Shown here piece after piece: positions 1-9,038 of a stretch of DNA of 22,096 bases; within the stretch, counting starts at the first letter, position 1, and every line of letters starts with the position of its first letter. The stretch is from contig JBHIFL010000067.1 of the NCBI GenBank assembly GCA_046761065.1, positions 1-22,096 of the forward strand, in the 5' to 3' direction. This DNA comes from Candidatus Heimdallarchaeota archaeon. Lineage in GTDB: Archaea > Asgardarchaeota > Wukongarchaeia > Wukongarchaeales > JBHIFL01. The notes under the pieces were generated by a model. That model was not told the DNA's origin. It did no database searches and saw only the letters and a program-made list of their open reading frames with translations. Made by a program: the position numbers and the translations under genes.

Positions 1-30
1 GGTCTTGGCAACGGGGCCAAGCCCTTATAA

Positions 31-364
31 ATGGATATAATTTAACATTGTCAAGGTAAAATGGGGAAGAAAATTCGCTTAACAGAATCGCAATGGCGTC
101 ATATTACTACTGCTCATAAAGAATTTGATAAAAAATACGTTAAAACAAATGACAAAGGTACTCCAACCGCCTGATCTCATACGGTTTGATGTTTCGGAGA
201 AAAATTATCAATATTATTAGCATTTTAAACACTTCTCCATAAGAGAGAAATATCTGCTGTTGGTAATCAAAATCTTGAATCTTGAATGATGATGGGTTCA
301 TAATCACATCTTTTTTACAAGAAAAATAAGATATGAGGATAAGGTGCAAGTTTATGGTAAATAA
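31..364 (+). pseudogene. Decayed small nuclease-toxin-like gene (RelE/BrnT/PBECR-like) upstream of DUF2283
   Basis: Manual translation across frames gives MGKKIRLTESQWRHITTAHKEF...PDLIRFDVSEKNYQYY*HFKHFSIREKYLLLVIKILN/DDGFIITSF/TRKIRYEDKVQVYGK*. The IRLTxxxWxHI start and GFIIT end are typical of toxins paired with DUF2283. It contains stops, frameshifts and a 7-bp tandem duplication (tcttgaa x2, ~273-286), and overlaps the next gene's ATG. Confidence 0.65.
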
Positions 365-566
365 AGTCAAAATCTCGTATGATAATGAAGCAGATGTGAT
401 GTATCTAAGCTTTGGAGATCCAAAGAAAGCTGAATCAGAAGATATTGCACCTGGACTGTTTGCCAGATATAATCCAGAAACCGGGGATCTTGTGGGGGTC
501 ACTGTTATCAATTTCTTGAAAAAACCAGCTCTACGCGAAGGGATCACGATCACAGCTCCATTTTAA
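354..566 (+). CDS. DUF2283 family protein (predicted antitoxin)
   Basis: KISYDNEADVMYLSF...PGLFARYNPETGDLVGVTV matches the YDxxADxxY / GxxVGI pattern. ATG 354, preceded by aaggtg, is preferred over the in-frame ATG at 333. Confidence 0.85.
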   Translation: MVNKVKISYDNEADVMYLSFGDPKKAESEDIAPGLFARYNPETGDLVGVTVINFLKKPALREGITITAPF

Positions 567-700
567 TCCATATGAAGCACTATCCAATTATGACACTCTT
601 TCCAAACCCTAAATTTAACATTCTTCGATTTTCACTACGTTGAACAATCCCTCAGTTTTAAATCTTGAAATCGCGGATTGTTCTCAAAAAAGTGCTATTA

Positions 701-1046
701 ATGTCCCAATTAGACCTAAAATCTATTGCACTTCGCTTTAATGATCGAATCAACAACCAAGATGTCGATGGACTGGCCGAACTTATGACAGAAGACTATA
801 TCAGGGACGCGAGAATATGAAGAAGGGTTGGATTGATTCTTCGAGAGATATCCTGACTATCGAAACATTTTCTCGTGAGTCGAAACCAAAGAAAATCTCG
901 TTATCATGATTGGGCATTCTGAGGACACAGAAGAGACGTTGCATGGCCCCGGTATCTGGATCGCAGTAATTGAAGATGACCTTGTGGCAAAGTAGCGGAT
1001 TTATGATGATGCCCAGAAGGTATGCCAACTGCTGGGTATAAACTAG
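701..1046 (+). pseudogene. SnoaL-like / NTF2 family protein, disrupted
   Basis: MSQLDLKSIALRFNDRINNQDVDGLAELMTEDY / GRENMKKGWID / FERYPDYRNIFS*VETKENLVIMIGHS...GPGIWIAVIEDDLVAK*RIYDD. It has an apparent internal deletion, frameshifts and two stops. Confidence 0.75.
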
Positions 1047-1225
1047 CTAGATGGAACCGTGCACAAACCTTTCTGTCACGTCGAGCCAAGTCGCGTAGTT
1101 AATTGAACTTGTTACAAAATCTAAAATAGATTTTATTAAAACTTAAACAATGGTTTCATTTGGCAATCACATGAAGTTTAAGGTATAAGTTGCATTATGC
1201 TATGCAAATTCAGGAGTTTTAATGA

Positions 1226-1658
1226 ATGGCTCATTCCCCTCGACAAGCTCGATACTTTGATAAAATCGCTCATAGTGAGCGGAGAGTCAAAAATATTGAA
1301 GAATGGACTAATGAAGTAAATGCCATTGAGGATGAGCGGACTCGCCTTGCGATCTATAAGGCGGCACAGGAAGTTGTGGAGAGCATAATGGATCTTCTAG
1401 CAATGATCTTTAAAGGATACAAACAAACTTCCAAAAGATGATTATACAAATATTCAACTAGCTTATGAAGAAAAACTTATTTCTAAAACAGAACAAGACC
1501 TTTTAATTGAAGCGAACGGGCTTCGTAATCGTATAATCCATGGGTATAATGGTCTGAATGATAATTTAGCCTTTACAGCTTTGAAACGGCTCTTACCAGG
1601 TCTAAAAAATATCCTTGGGAAAGTGAAGCAATGGATCAACATCTTTTTCGAGGGTTAA
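1226..1658 (+). pseudogene. hepT: HEPN (DUF86/HepT-like) RNase toxin with a 1-nt frameshift
   Basis: The N-half ORF 1226..1441 continues in the +1 frame after ~1409-1415 as KDTNKLPKDDYTN...EANGLRNRIIHGYNGLND...FFEG*. The RX4HXY motif is at 1524-1547. The span is 433 nt (144 codons + 1 nt). Confidence 0.85.
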
Positions 1659-2005
1659 AAGAAGATTTCAAGGAATTGGCAAAAGATAAAGAAATTCAAG
1701 CGATCCTTGCTTTTGGCTCCTCTGTATCCAGAGAAAATACCGCCCGTAGTGATGTTGATGTTTGCATTGTTGCACCAGCGGCACAAGACAAAGTTGAGGT
1801 GTTACGCCGCGCATGGAGACATGTTGGCGGCAAATACGATCTGTGGTTGTTTGAAGAGCTACCTCTTTACATGCAAGCCGAAATCCTCCGGAACCATCAA
1901 ATCATTTATTGTTTTGACATACCTGCATTGTTTGAATATTTTTATTTCGTACGTAAGCGGATCACGGATATGCGTCACCGGCAGCAGGTTGCAACAATGG
2001 ACTAA
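1631..2005 (+). CDS. mntA: Minimal nucleotidyltransferase (MNT) antitoxin
   Basis: FGSSVSRENTARSDVD is an exact GSX10DXD motif, followed by FEELPLY. The gene overlaps the HEPN 3' end. Confidence 0.88.
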   Translation: MDQHLFRGLKEDFKELAKDKEIQAILAFGSSVSRENTARSDVDVCIVAPAAQDKVEVLRRAWRHVGGKYDLWLFEELPLYMQAEILRNHQIIYCFDIPALFEYFYFVRKRITDMRHRQQVATMD

Positions 2006-2149
2006 ATAAGCCTACCATCCTTTAATTCACTAACTTATTTTGAGTCCTTGGCAGAGTGGATTGCTTTTGCCTTCATCATAGAGTCTTTCTACGCCCCAGA
2101 ATATTATGAAAGAGATAAAAGTGGATCCAGGCTGGATGTGTTACCTTAA

Positions 2150-4444
2150 ATGACTTCTCCACGGAGGCAAGTCGCTGGGTTTATTGAACATCTCCAAGCC
2201 CATGAGGCATATCAGAACCAGGTTGTTCATGTAGAGTACATGAAGGCGAAGACGCCTCGCTATGGAACCCTTGAATCCGACTTACACCCAGCGCTTTCTC
2301 GGGGCCTTTCCGCACAAGGAATTCGCCTCTACTCACACCAAGTTGAAGCGATCAACTATCTGGCTGCAGGGAAAAATGTCGTTATCACAACAGGGACGGG
2401 CTCAGGGAAGACCCTTGTTTACAATATTCCCGTTTTTAATACCATTGCGAGGGATCCTAATGCGACAGCACTCTATCTCTTCCCAACCAAAGCATTGAGT
2501 CGTGATCAATTAAAAGCCATTTGGGAGCTTGAAAAAGTAACAGGGATTCGGACCCTACCAGGGGTATATGATGGCGACACGTCCACCCACGAGAAACGGA
2601 AAATTCGAATCCGCTCAAGTATCATTCTCTCAAATCCCTATGGGATGCATCAATATCTTCCATATCATAACCTTTGGCGTCGGTTTTTCGAAGGGTTGAA
2701 ATTTATCATCGTGGACGAAGCACATACCTATCGTGGCGTTTTCGGCAGTAATGTGGCCTTCTTATTACGGCGAATCCGGCGTATTTGTGAGGAGACTTAC
2801 CAATCAAAGCCACAATTTATTGTCACCTCCGCCACCATTGCTAATCCTGCAGAGTTCGCGCAAAAGCTTACTGGACTTGAACATGAAGTAATAGAGGAAG
2901 ATGGCTCTGCTCAAACTGCGAAGGCATTCATCTTCTGGAATCCGCCTTTGCTTGAGGCCTCCGGGATCCGTAAATCAACACATGTGGAGGCGCGAGATCT
3001 CCTCGTCCAGCATGTCCTCCAGGGGTATCAAACTCTTTGTTTTGCCATTTCGCGTCGCATGGCCGAACTTATCGCCCGTTGGACCAAACAAAGCCTTGAA
3101 AAAGAACAACCCATCCTTGCAAGGTTGGTGACAAGTTATAGGGCCGGTTATCGTGCTGAAGATCGGCGTGTTATCGAGTACCTACTCAAGAATGGCCATC
3201 TCAAGGCAGTCGTCACCACAAACGCCCTAGAGGTAGGAATAGACATTGGTAGCCTTGATGCAGCAATTTTAGTTGGCTTTCCTGGAACAATCATCTCGAC
3301 ATGGCAACAAGCGGGTCGGGCAGGGCATGGGACCCGCATCGAAGAGGCGCTTGTCACATTAGTTGCTTTTGATAACCCATTAGACCAATACTACATGCGA
3401 AATCCGGAATATTTCTTTGGTCGGCCTCATGAACATTGTACAATCGATCTTTTGAACCCTTATATTGTACGTAACCACATTCTATGTGCTGCGCAAGAAA
3501 AAGCAATCGGGGAGGAGGATGAGAAGTTTTTTGGACCTCTACTCACTCAATTGATTCCAGATCTTCAGGAAAATGGGGTCTTACGCGAGTTGCGGGGGAA
3601 GTACATCTGGGCTGGAAAAGAAAATCCTTCCCAACACGTCAACTTGAATAATATCTCTAATAAAACATACAAAGTGATTGAAGATTCTTCTGGCAACGTT
3701 CTTGGAACAGTTGATCACTCCCGAGTCTTTTCAGAACTCTATGAGGGAGCAATTTTTCATATTCAAATGGAAACTTATGTTGTAAAGAAATTAGATCTCG
3801 AAAACCGACAAGCAATCGTCACCCAACGCGATGTTAACTACTATACTGAGCCACGAAAACACATTACGCTCTCTCTTAAAAAGAAACGTACATCCAAGCT
3901 TTTGAATAATACTCAGATTGTTTTAGGAGATGTAACAGTCACCGAGGAGATCATTGGATTTGTAGAAAAAGAAGAAGGCTCAGAATCTGTTTTGGGTACC
4001 TATGCTTTAAGTTTGCCACCCAATTCCTTTGATACTGTCGCGGTCTGGATTGAAGTACCTGAGTATATAATTGATCTGATTCAACGCGAGGAACTGGATT
4101 TCCTCGGTGGGTTGCATGCGATCGAACATGCAAGCATTGCAATGACGCCGATTCATGCCATGTGCGACCGATGGGATATCGGGGGCGTATCGCATGCGAA
4201 TCATCCTGATATCGGAGCACCTTCTGTTTTTATTTACGACGCCTGTGAGGGAGGGATTGGCTTGGCGGAAAAGAACTTCGAATTAATTGAAGACCTTTTT
4301 ACCGCCACTTTAGAACTTATTGAAGGATGTGAATGCCTTGCAGGCTGCCCCAGCTGTATCTACTCCCCGAAATGTGGGAATAATAACGAACCTCTAGACA
4401 AGAAGGCAGCAATCTTAATTCTTCGCGAACTTCTGAATCGCTGA
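2150..4444 (+). CDS. DEAD/DEAH-box SF2 helicase with C-terminal DUF1998 Zn-binding domain (Hrq1/MrfA/SftH family)
   Basis: Motifs LYSHQ, TGTGSGKT, FPTKALSRDQ, DEAH, SATIAN, TNALEVGIDIG and QQAGRAG, then GGLHAIEH, YDACEGGIG and CECLAGCPSC...KCGNNNEPLDK. Confidence 0.95.
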   Translation: MTSPRRQVAGFIEHLQAHEAYQNQVVHVEYMKAKTPRYGTLESDLHPALSRGLSAQGIRLYSHQVEAINYLAAGKNVVITTGTGSGKTLVYNIPVFNTIARDPNATALYLFPTKALSRDQLKAIWELEKVTGIRTLPGVYDGDTSTHEKRKIRIRSSIILSNPYGMHQYLPYHNLWRRFFEGLKFIIVDEAHTYRGVFGSNVAFLLRRIRRICEETYQSKPQFIVTSATIANPAEFAQKLTGLEHEVIEEDGSAQTAKAFIFWNPPLLEASGIRKSTHVEARDLLVQHVLQGYQTLCFAISRRMAELIARWTKQSLEKEQPILARLVTSYRAGYRAEDRRVIEYLLKNGHLKAVVTTNALEVGIDIGSLDAAILVGFPGTIISTWQQAGRAGHGTRIEEALVTLVAFDNPLDQYYMRNPEYFFGRPHEHCTIDLLNPYIVRNHILCAAQEKAIGEEDEKFFGPLLTQLIPDLQENGVLRELRGKYIWAGKENPSQHVNLNNISNKTYKVIEDSSGNVLGTVDHSRVFSELYEGAIFHIQMETYVVKKLDLENRQAIVTQRDVNYYTEPRKHITLSLKKKRTSKLLNNTQIVLGDVTVTEEIIGFVEKEEGSESVLGTYALSLPPNSFDTVAVWIEVPEYIIDLIQREELDFLGGLHAIEHASIAMTPIHAMCDRWDIGGVSHANHPDIGAPSVFIYDACEGGIGLAEKNFELIEDLFTATLELIEGCECLAGCPSCIYSPKCGNNNEPLDKKAAILILRELLNR

Positions 4445-4538
4445 TGTGATTGTTTGTTAATAATTACAGCTTAATATGTATTAGCGGATTTCTTAAATAC
4501 CCACTTGTCTGTTTCTCTAGATCCCGTGATGAATTGAA

Positions 4539-4700
4539 ATGAGCTCGAAATTGTTGTGGATCATTGCTACAGGAGAGAAAGAGAAAACTTTTGCGGGGTT
4601 AATGTATGCCCGCAACACTCAGAAGTATAATTGGCTTGAAGATGTGAAAGTCTTCTTCGGCCCATCAATTCTTGGAACTATCTATCCTATCAATAATTGA
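4539..4700 (+). pseudogene. Truncated DsrE-family protein (N-terminal half only)
   Basis: MSSKLLWIIATGEKEKTFAGLMYARNTQKYNWLEDVKVFFGPS resembles archaeal DsrE-like proteins. Similarity ends abruptly, the Cys-bearing half is missing, and the stop comes after 53 aa. Confidence 0.65.
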
Positions 4701-4730
4701 AAACAACTGGTTTCATCCTATTTAGTTTTG

Positions 4731-4768
4731 ATAGATAAATTTATATTATCATGGAACCATGTATCTAT
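4731..4768 (+). promoter_or_regulatory. Candidate TATA box and operator of the RHH-PIN operon
   Basis: TTTATA at 4740-4745 is followed by the palindrome CATGG-AA-CCATG (4750-4761). Outer inverted repeats ATAGATA (4731-4737) and TATCTAT (4762-4768) flank both. Confidence 0.45.
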
Positions 4769-4789
4769 TAATGAAAGAATGTGAGCCCA

Positions 4790-5071
4790 ATGGTCTCCTC
4801 TGTAGCGATTGATGATGATCTTCGACGAAAATTAAAGCTGCTTGCGGCAAAATACGACACTACCCAAGCAGAAATCATTAAGCGAGCCATTGAGCTATTC
4901 GAAGCACGAAAAAGCATACCCGAACACCATATTTCATCTCGAGTTCGGGAAGAGCTAGAACGAGCTTCGGTTATTGTTTTCCGAACTAATCCGCGCCGAA
5001 AGCGGATTGCTGAAGCTCTTAACAAACCCGGAATAGATATTGATGAGTTGAGGATAGCATTCAATGCCTGA
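4790..5071 (+). CDS. Ribbon-helix-helix/CopG-type antitoxin (VapB-like)
   Basis: MVSSVAIDDDLRRKLKLLAAKYDTTQAEIIKRAI fits the RHH pattern. There is an 8-nt overlap with the PIN gene. Alternative GTG start at 4781. Confidence 0.8.
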   Translation: MVSSVAIDDDLRRKLKLLAAKYDTTQAEIIKRAIELFEARKSIPEHHISSRVREELERASVIVFRTNPRRKRIAEALNKPGIDIDELRIAFNA

Positions 5072-5510
5072 CCGATCCATCCTCCGAATAGATCTTGATA
5101 GTAATGTCTTTCGAAACCAAGACTTCATTAATTGGTTGATTCTGAACAAGGAGGCAGTCTCCGCCGGTCTATCTGTTATTGTTTACCTCGAAACGTTATT
5201 CTGGTATCTGACAAAGAGTTTGTCGGTAGCAGACTTTGAACTAGACTTGCGTACCATTAGAGCGGTGATCACCCCTTTGGATCCCCCCCTCGCCCAGATC
5301 ACCGCTGAAACAGCCAAAAACTCGCTATTGCCCTTTAGGCACCATGCCCGAGATTTCATCATTGGCTCATCTGCATTGAAAAGAAAGGCCATACTTTTAT
5401 CTTATAACAGTAAAAATTTCACGTGGATGCCCGAAGATACCGTAACATCTCCCGAAAGTTTTTTAGACAAATATTGGGATTCCTTTCCCTATCATTCAGA
5501 TATTTCTTAA
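5064..5510 (+). CDS. vapC: PIN-domain (VapC-like) ribonuclease toxin
   Basis: IDLDSNVF, VYLE, HARDFIIGSSA and LLSYNSKNF supply the PIN acidic/Asn tetrad. Confidence 0.85.
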   Translation: MPDRSILRIDLDSNVFRNQDFINWLILNKEAVSAGLSVIVYLETLFWYLTKSLSVADFELDLRTIRAVITPLDPPLAQITAETAKNSLLPFRHHARDFIIGSSALKRKAILLSYNSKNFTWMPEDTVTSPESFLDKYWDSFPYHSDIS

Positions 5511-5823
5511 GTTATAAGATTAACCGCAATATATGAAGTTACACCATATCCTCTCAGGCTCAGCAGGGCAATCAAGTCAAATCCTATAAAATCTGTAATA
5601 CAAAAACATTCTTAGCAATCTTTTACTAACCTTTCTGCAGAGGGAAGAATGAATTGTTTTAAGCACTCAAAGTTGTGATGGATTAGCAATCCAGCCTCAC
5701 CTGTCATTAAAGATAATGATACAGCTTCTTGAGAGGGGGTTAATTAGATATTATAACAGGCGACGACACATTTTTAACAACTCATTGAATTCGTGAGTCA
5801 AAAGTATGGTTTGGGTGAATTGA

Positions 5824-7125
5824 ATGGTTCAAGAAACAGTGAATCAGCGGGTTTTAGAGAAGATCAATGAGAAAGAAGAGGAAATGATTAATTTTCTGCA
5901 AGACTTGGTAAATATTCCAAGTGTTACTGGACAGGAGCGAGAAGCTCAGCAGTTCATTGAGAAGAAGTTTCTAGAAATAGGATTGGAGACTGATATGTTT
6001 GAGCCGGAGGTGGAGGAGTTGAAAAACCATCCGGCATTCTTTGAAACCATTTCTTTTACGAAGTTGGGATACAAAGGCAGACCTAATGTCGTAGGACGAT
6101 TAAAGGGAAGTGGAGGCGGAAAATCGCTTATATTGTGTGGTCACATCGATGTAGTCTCTATCGAGCCCAAAGAGATGTGGAAACGTGATCCTTGGGGGGG
6201 AACGATCGAAAATGGTAAGATGTATGGACGTGGAGCTGGTGACATGAAAGCTGGTATTGCATCAATGATTTACGCTGTTCAGTGCCTCCAAGAGGTTGGG
6301 ATAAAGCTAAAAGGTGATGTAATACTTGAAACAGTGATAGAAGAGGAAGATGGAGGGATTGGTGGGGCTCTAGCGACACTTTTGAGAGGATAAACAGCAG
6401 ATGCGGCCATAATCACAGAACCTTATGGAGATTTTATTGGTATTGCCAATGCTGGGGTATTGTACTTCCGAGTTAAAGTCTTAGGACGAACAACTCACGC
6501 AGAACATGCCCACCGCGGCGTAAACGCCATTGGTAAAGCCATGAAACTCTACAATGCCCTAATGCTGTTGAATGAGAGATGTCAAAAACAAATAAATTAT
6601 CCCCTAGTCGAGAACAGAGCCCCAGATATGAAAGGACATGCTACGATCCTTAATATTGGGGTCATAAAAGGAGGAGATTGGCCCTCAACAGTGGCAGGAT
6701 GGGCCGAATTGGAATGTCGAATCGGTTGGCCACCAGGAGAAATATTAAAGGATGTCAAAACGCAAATCGAGGAGACTGTTAGGAGTGTGACTGAAGAGGA
6801 TTCCTGGTTAAGAGCTCACCCACCAAAATTAGAATGGTTTGGATGGAAGGGTGAGGCAAGTGAACAAGACAGAACCCACCCCTTTGTGCAGCTCGTTAAA
6901 AGATACGCGGAAGAGATTTAAGGAAAAACGGTTGGGTTCAGTGGAGGTAATGCTGGCAATGATACACGTTTCTACCGATTATATGGTACCTCCACCATTG
7001 CATTGGGCCCACAAGGGATGGATTATCATGGAATCGATGAATATGTGGAATTAGACTCTCTAACCGAGACAGCAAAGATTTTGGGACTAATTATGCCTGA
7101 TTGGTGTGATTATGAAGATCAATAA
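5824..7125 (+). pseudogene. M20 metallopeptidase, ArgE/DapE-family deacylase, with two in-frame TAA
   Basis: A single continuous frame of 433 codons contains CGHIDVV, GRGAGDMKAG, EEEDGG, LRG*TADAAIITEP, GVNAI and EEI*GK...NDTRF...GP...HGIDE. The stops are at 6391-6393 and 6919-6921. Confidence 0.9.
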
Positions 7126-7184
7126 TTAATATATGATACACAAACATACACATGAAATAACTTCACAATAAAGCTATATACAAT

Positions 7185-7865
7185 TTATTTCGTAAGTGAA
7201 GAGGATTCTTTTGTTTTTAAGCGCTCCTCAAATGCTGTTAAGCTCCAAGGGATCTTACCAGAATCTCGTATCAATTTCTGGATCGCTTTCGCGAACTGTC
7301 GTATTTCGAATTGTGCCGCTAAGTCAAGGCGTAAGTCGAGGAAATTCATTAATGATCGGAAATTGACAGTCCAGAAGAACTCGGTATAGTAACTCGTCCC
7401 TAGAAGCCCACGCCAGACTTCTCGGGCACGTTTTCTCCACTCAGGGTTGAATTCCGCTTTTTTGTATAACTTCTTGTAGACCTTATACTGAGCTTCCAAC
7501 GCCGAGATATACTCGGCTAGATCTTCTTTAGAATAACATTGGGGGAGATCTGAAAGCTGCGGGGTGTAAAATTCCTCATCAAAAACCCGATATCGCGCCG
7601 ATCGCTCATTGAAACTTGAAATGCGATGGCGGAACCACTGCCGAGCAACAAATAAGGGACATTTGATATGAAATTCAAACACAACTTTTTCAAAGGGGGT
7701 TTCATGGCGATTTTTCATTAAGTATCGAATGAGTTGGGCATCCTGTTCAGGATCACCTCTAGTCCCTGTACTCACTCTCGCTGCGTCCACGACGCGCTGG
7801 TCAGACCCCAGACAATCAATTAACTCAACAAATCCTTTATCCAAGACTTTTATTTGTACCACCAA
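7185..7865 (-). CDS. thyX: FAD-dependent thymidylate synthase
   Basis: The ThyX motif RHRISSFNERSARY is present, with AARVS, HETPFE, NFRSLMNFLDLR and AQFEIR. The likely start is TTG 7865 or GTG 7862 after GGAGG, although the ORF is open to 7913. Confidence 0.95.
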   Translation of the reverse strand: MVVQIKVLDKGFVELIDCLGSDQRVVDAARVSTGTRGDPEQDAQLIRYLMKNRHETPFEKVVFEFHIKCPLFVARQWFRHRISSFNERSARYRVFDEEFYTPQLSDLPQCYSKEDLAEYISALEAQYKVYKKLYKKAEFNPEWRKRAREVWRGLLGTSYYTEFFWTVNFRSLMNFLDLRLDLAAQFEIRQFAKAIQKLIRDSGKIPWSLTAFEERLKTKESSSLTK

Positions 7866-8144
7866 TAGTGATTCCTCCGTTATGCTTCTTGTAAGCCAAT
7901 GCTCAAATTCCATAGATTTGTTATCTAAAGTTTGCTTTTGAAAATTGAGGAAGTTATAGAACTACAAAGATGAGGGCTTGGTTGAATTCTCAGAATTGTC
8001 AGGAAGAGATAATTCCCGTTAGGAACTTCGCTAGACTTCAATTTTTGAAGGAGTTCTCTCTTGTGAAGCCAGTTCCTGCCTGTCCAATCAGGCGGGCAAA
8101 TAGTACATATCGTTGTTTCATACAGAAGAATATGATGTCTACAC

Positions 8145-8747
8145 CTACGCTTGTGTAGTCATTTTTGGGTTTGTGAACTGTTCCAGTTCCTTCACCGTGT
8201 CTAAATGCAGAAGATCTGTGTGTGTTTTCCCAGTAGAGTCGATGACTTCACTTTGAAGCTCAAGATTTGAGATCTTGAAATTGAAAATAGGGATTTCATT
8301 GAGATTCGAAGGCTCCGCATCAAATGCAAACCCGGCAAAAACTTCCAACAAGCCGTTTCCAGAGGGTTCGATTTGAAAAGAATGCAGTACACACCAATTA
8401 CAACCAGATAATTTGAGAGTCTCTATATACTTCGTTAATTTTAGTTGTAAGCGGCAAGCAAATCTTGAAATAGAGAATTCTTCTTCCATTGGAAGTAGTG
8501 CTTCCCTGAAAACACTGCAGATCCCAGATTTTACTTTTTTTAAGAACTTTTCGACAACTTTTTGCTCGCTACCAAAGCGCTTTTTTATCTGAGTGTGAAA
8601 TACATTCGTATATAATAGATAATTACGTAACAGAACGTTCCCAATTCTTGAAAAGCTCTCTTTTTCAGTTTCAATCGGATGCTCTGTTAGGGACCCGATC
8701 TGGTGTTTAAAACACTCAACAAATGCCGATATTGGTGGTGCCTCCAT
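8145..8747 (-). CDS. Hypothetical protein (200 aa)
   Basis: Uninterrupted 603-nt ORF with protein-like composition and no recognised family motif. Confidence 0.6.
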   Translation of the reverse strand: MEAPPISAFVECFKHQIGSLTEHPIETEKESFSRIGNVLLRNYLLYTNVFHTQIKKRFGSEQKVVEKFLKKVKSGICSVFREALLPMEEEFSISRFACRLQLKLTKYIETLKLSGCNWCVLHSFQIEPSGNGLLEVFAGFAFDAEPSNLNEIPIFNFKISNLELQSEVIDSTGKTHTDLLHLDTVKELEQFTNPKMTTQA

Positions 8748-9038
8748 ATCATGACTAAGATCTTCAGATGAACGTTGAAAAGGATCCTTTTAAACCCTAA
8801 TCGTTTTACGATTGCAGGACCTAGCTCACTAGAAATTGTAACTGAATATTAAATTTTCGAGAAAGTGATCACAATAAATTATTCAAGATGCATTAACCAA
8901 TAGGATAGAGAAGAACAGGATAACATTGATTAATTTTTTCCAATATTCTTGTGTTAACGCTTCTAAAACGTTTCAAAGCCTATATAAGGCATTTTCTCCC
9001 TCTTTTACAAAATTTTCCATCCTATTAATAATGTTGTA

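Noticed and set aside
4-21. Hairpin CTTGGC-aacggg-GCCAAG at the window edge
   Set aside because: The stem is only 6 bp and upstream context is missing, so it cannot be assigned as a tRNA end, att site or terminator.
1409-1415. TTTAAAG slippery heptamer at the HEPN frameshift (programmed -1 frameshifting)
   Set aside because: The shift needed is +1 and the heptamer is phased TTT-AAA-G, not T-TTA-AAG. A 1-nt insertion in the short run is the simpler explanation.
7185-7865. thyX as a marker of a provirus or mobile element
   Set aside because: There are no integrase, capsid, terminase or replication genes in the window, and thyX is a normal cellular gene in many archaea.
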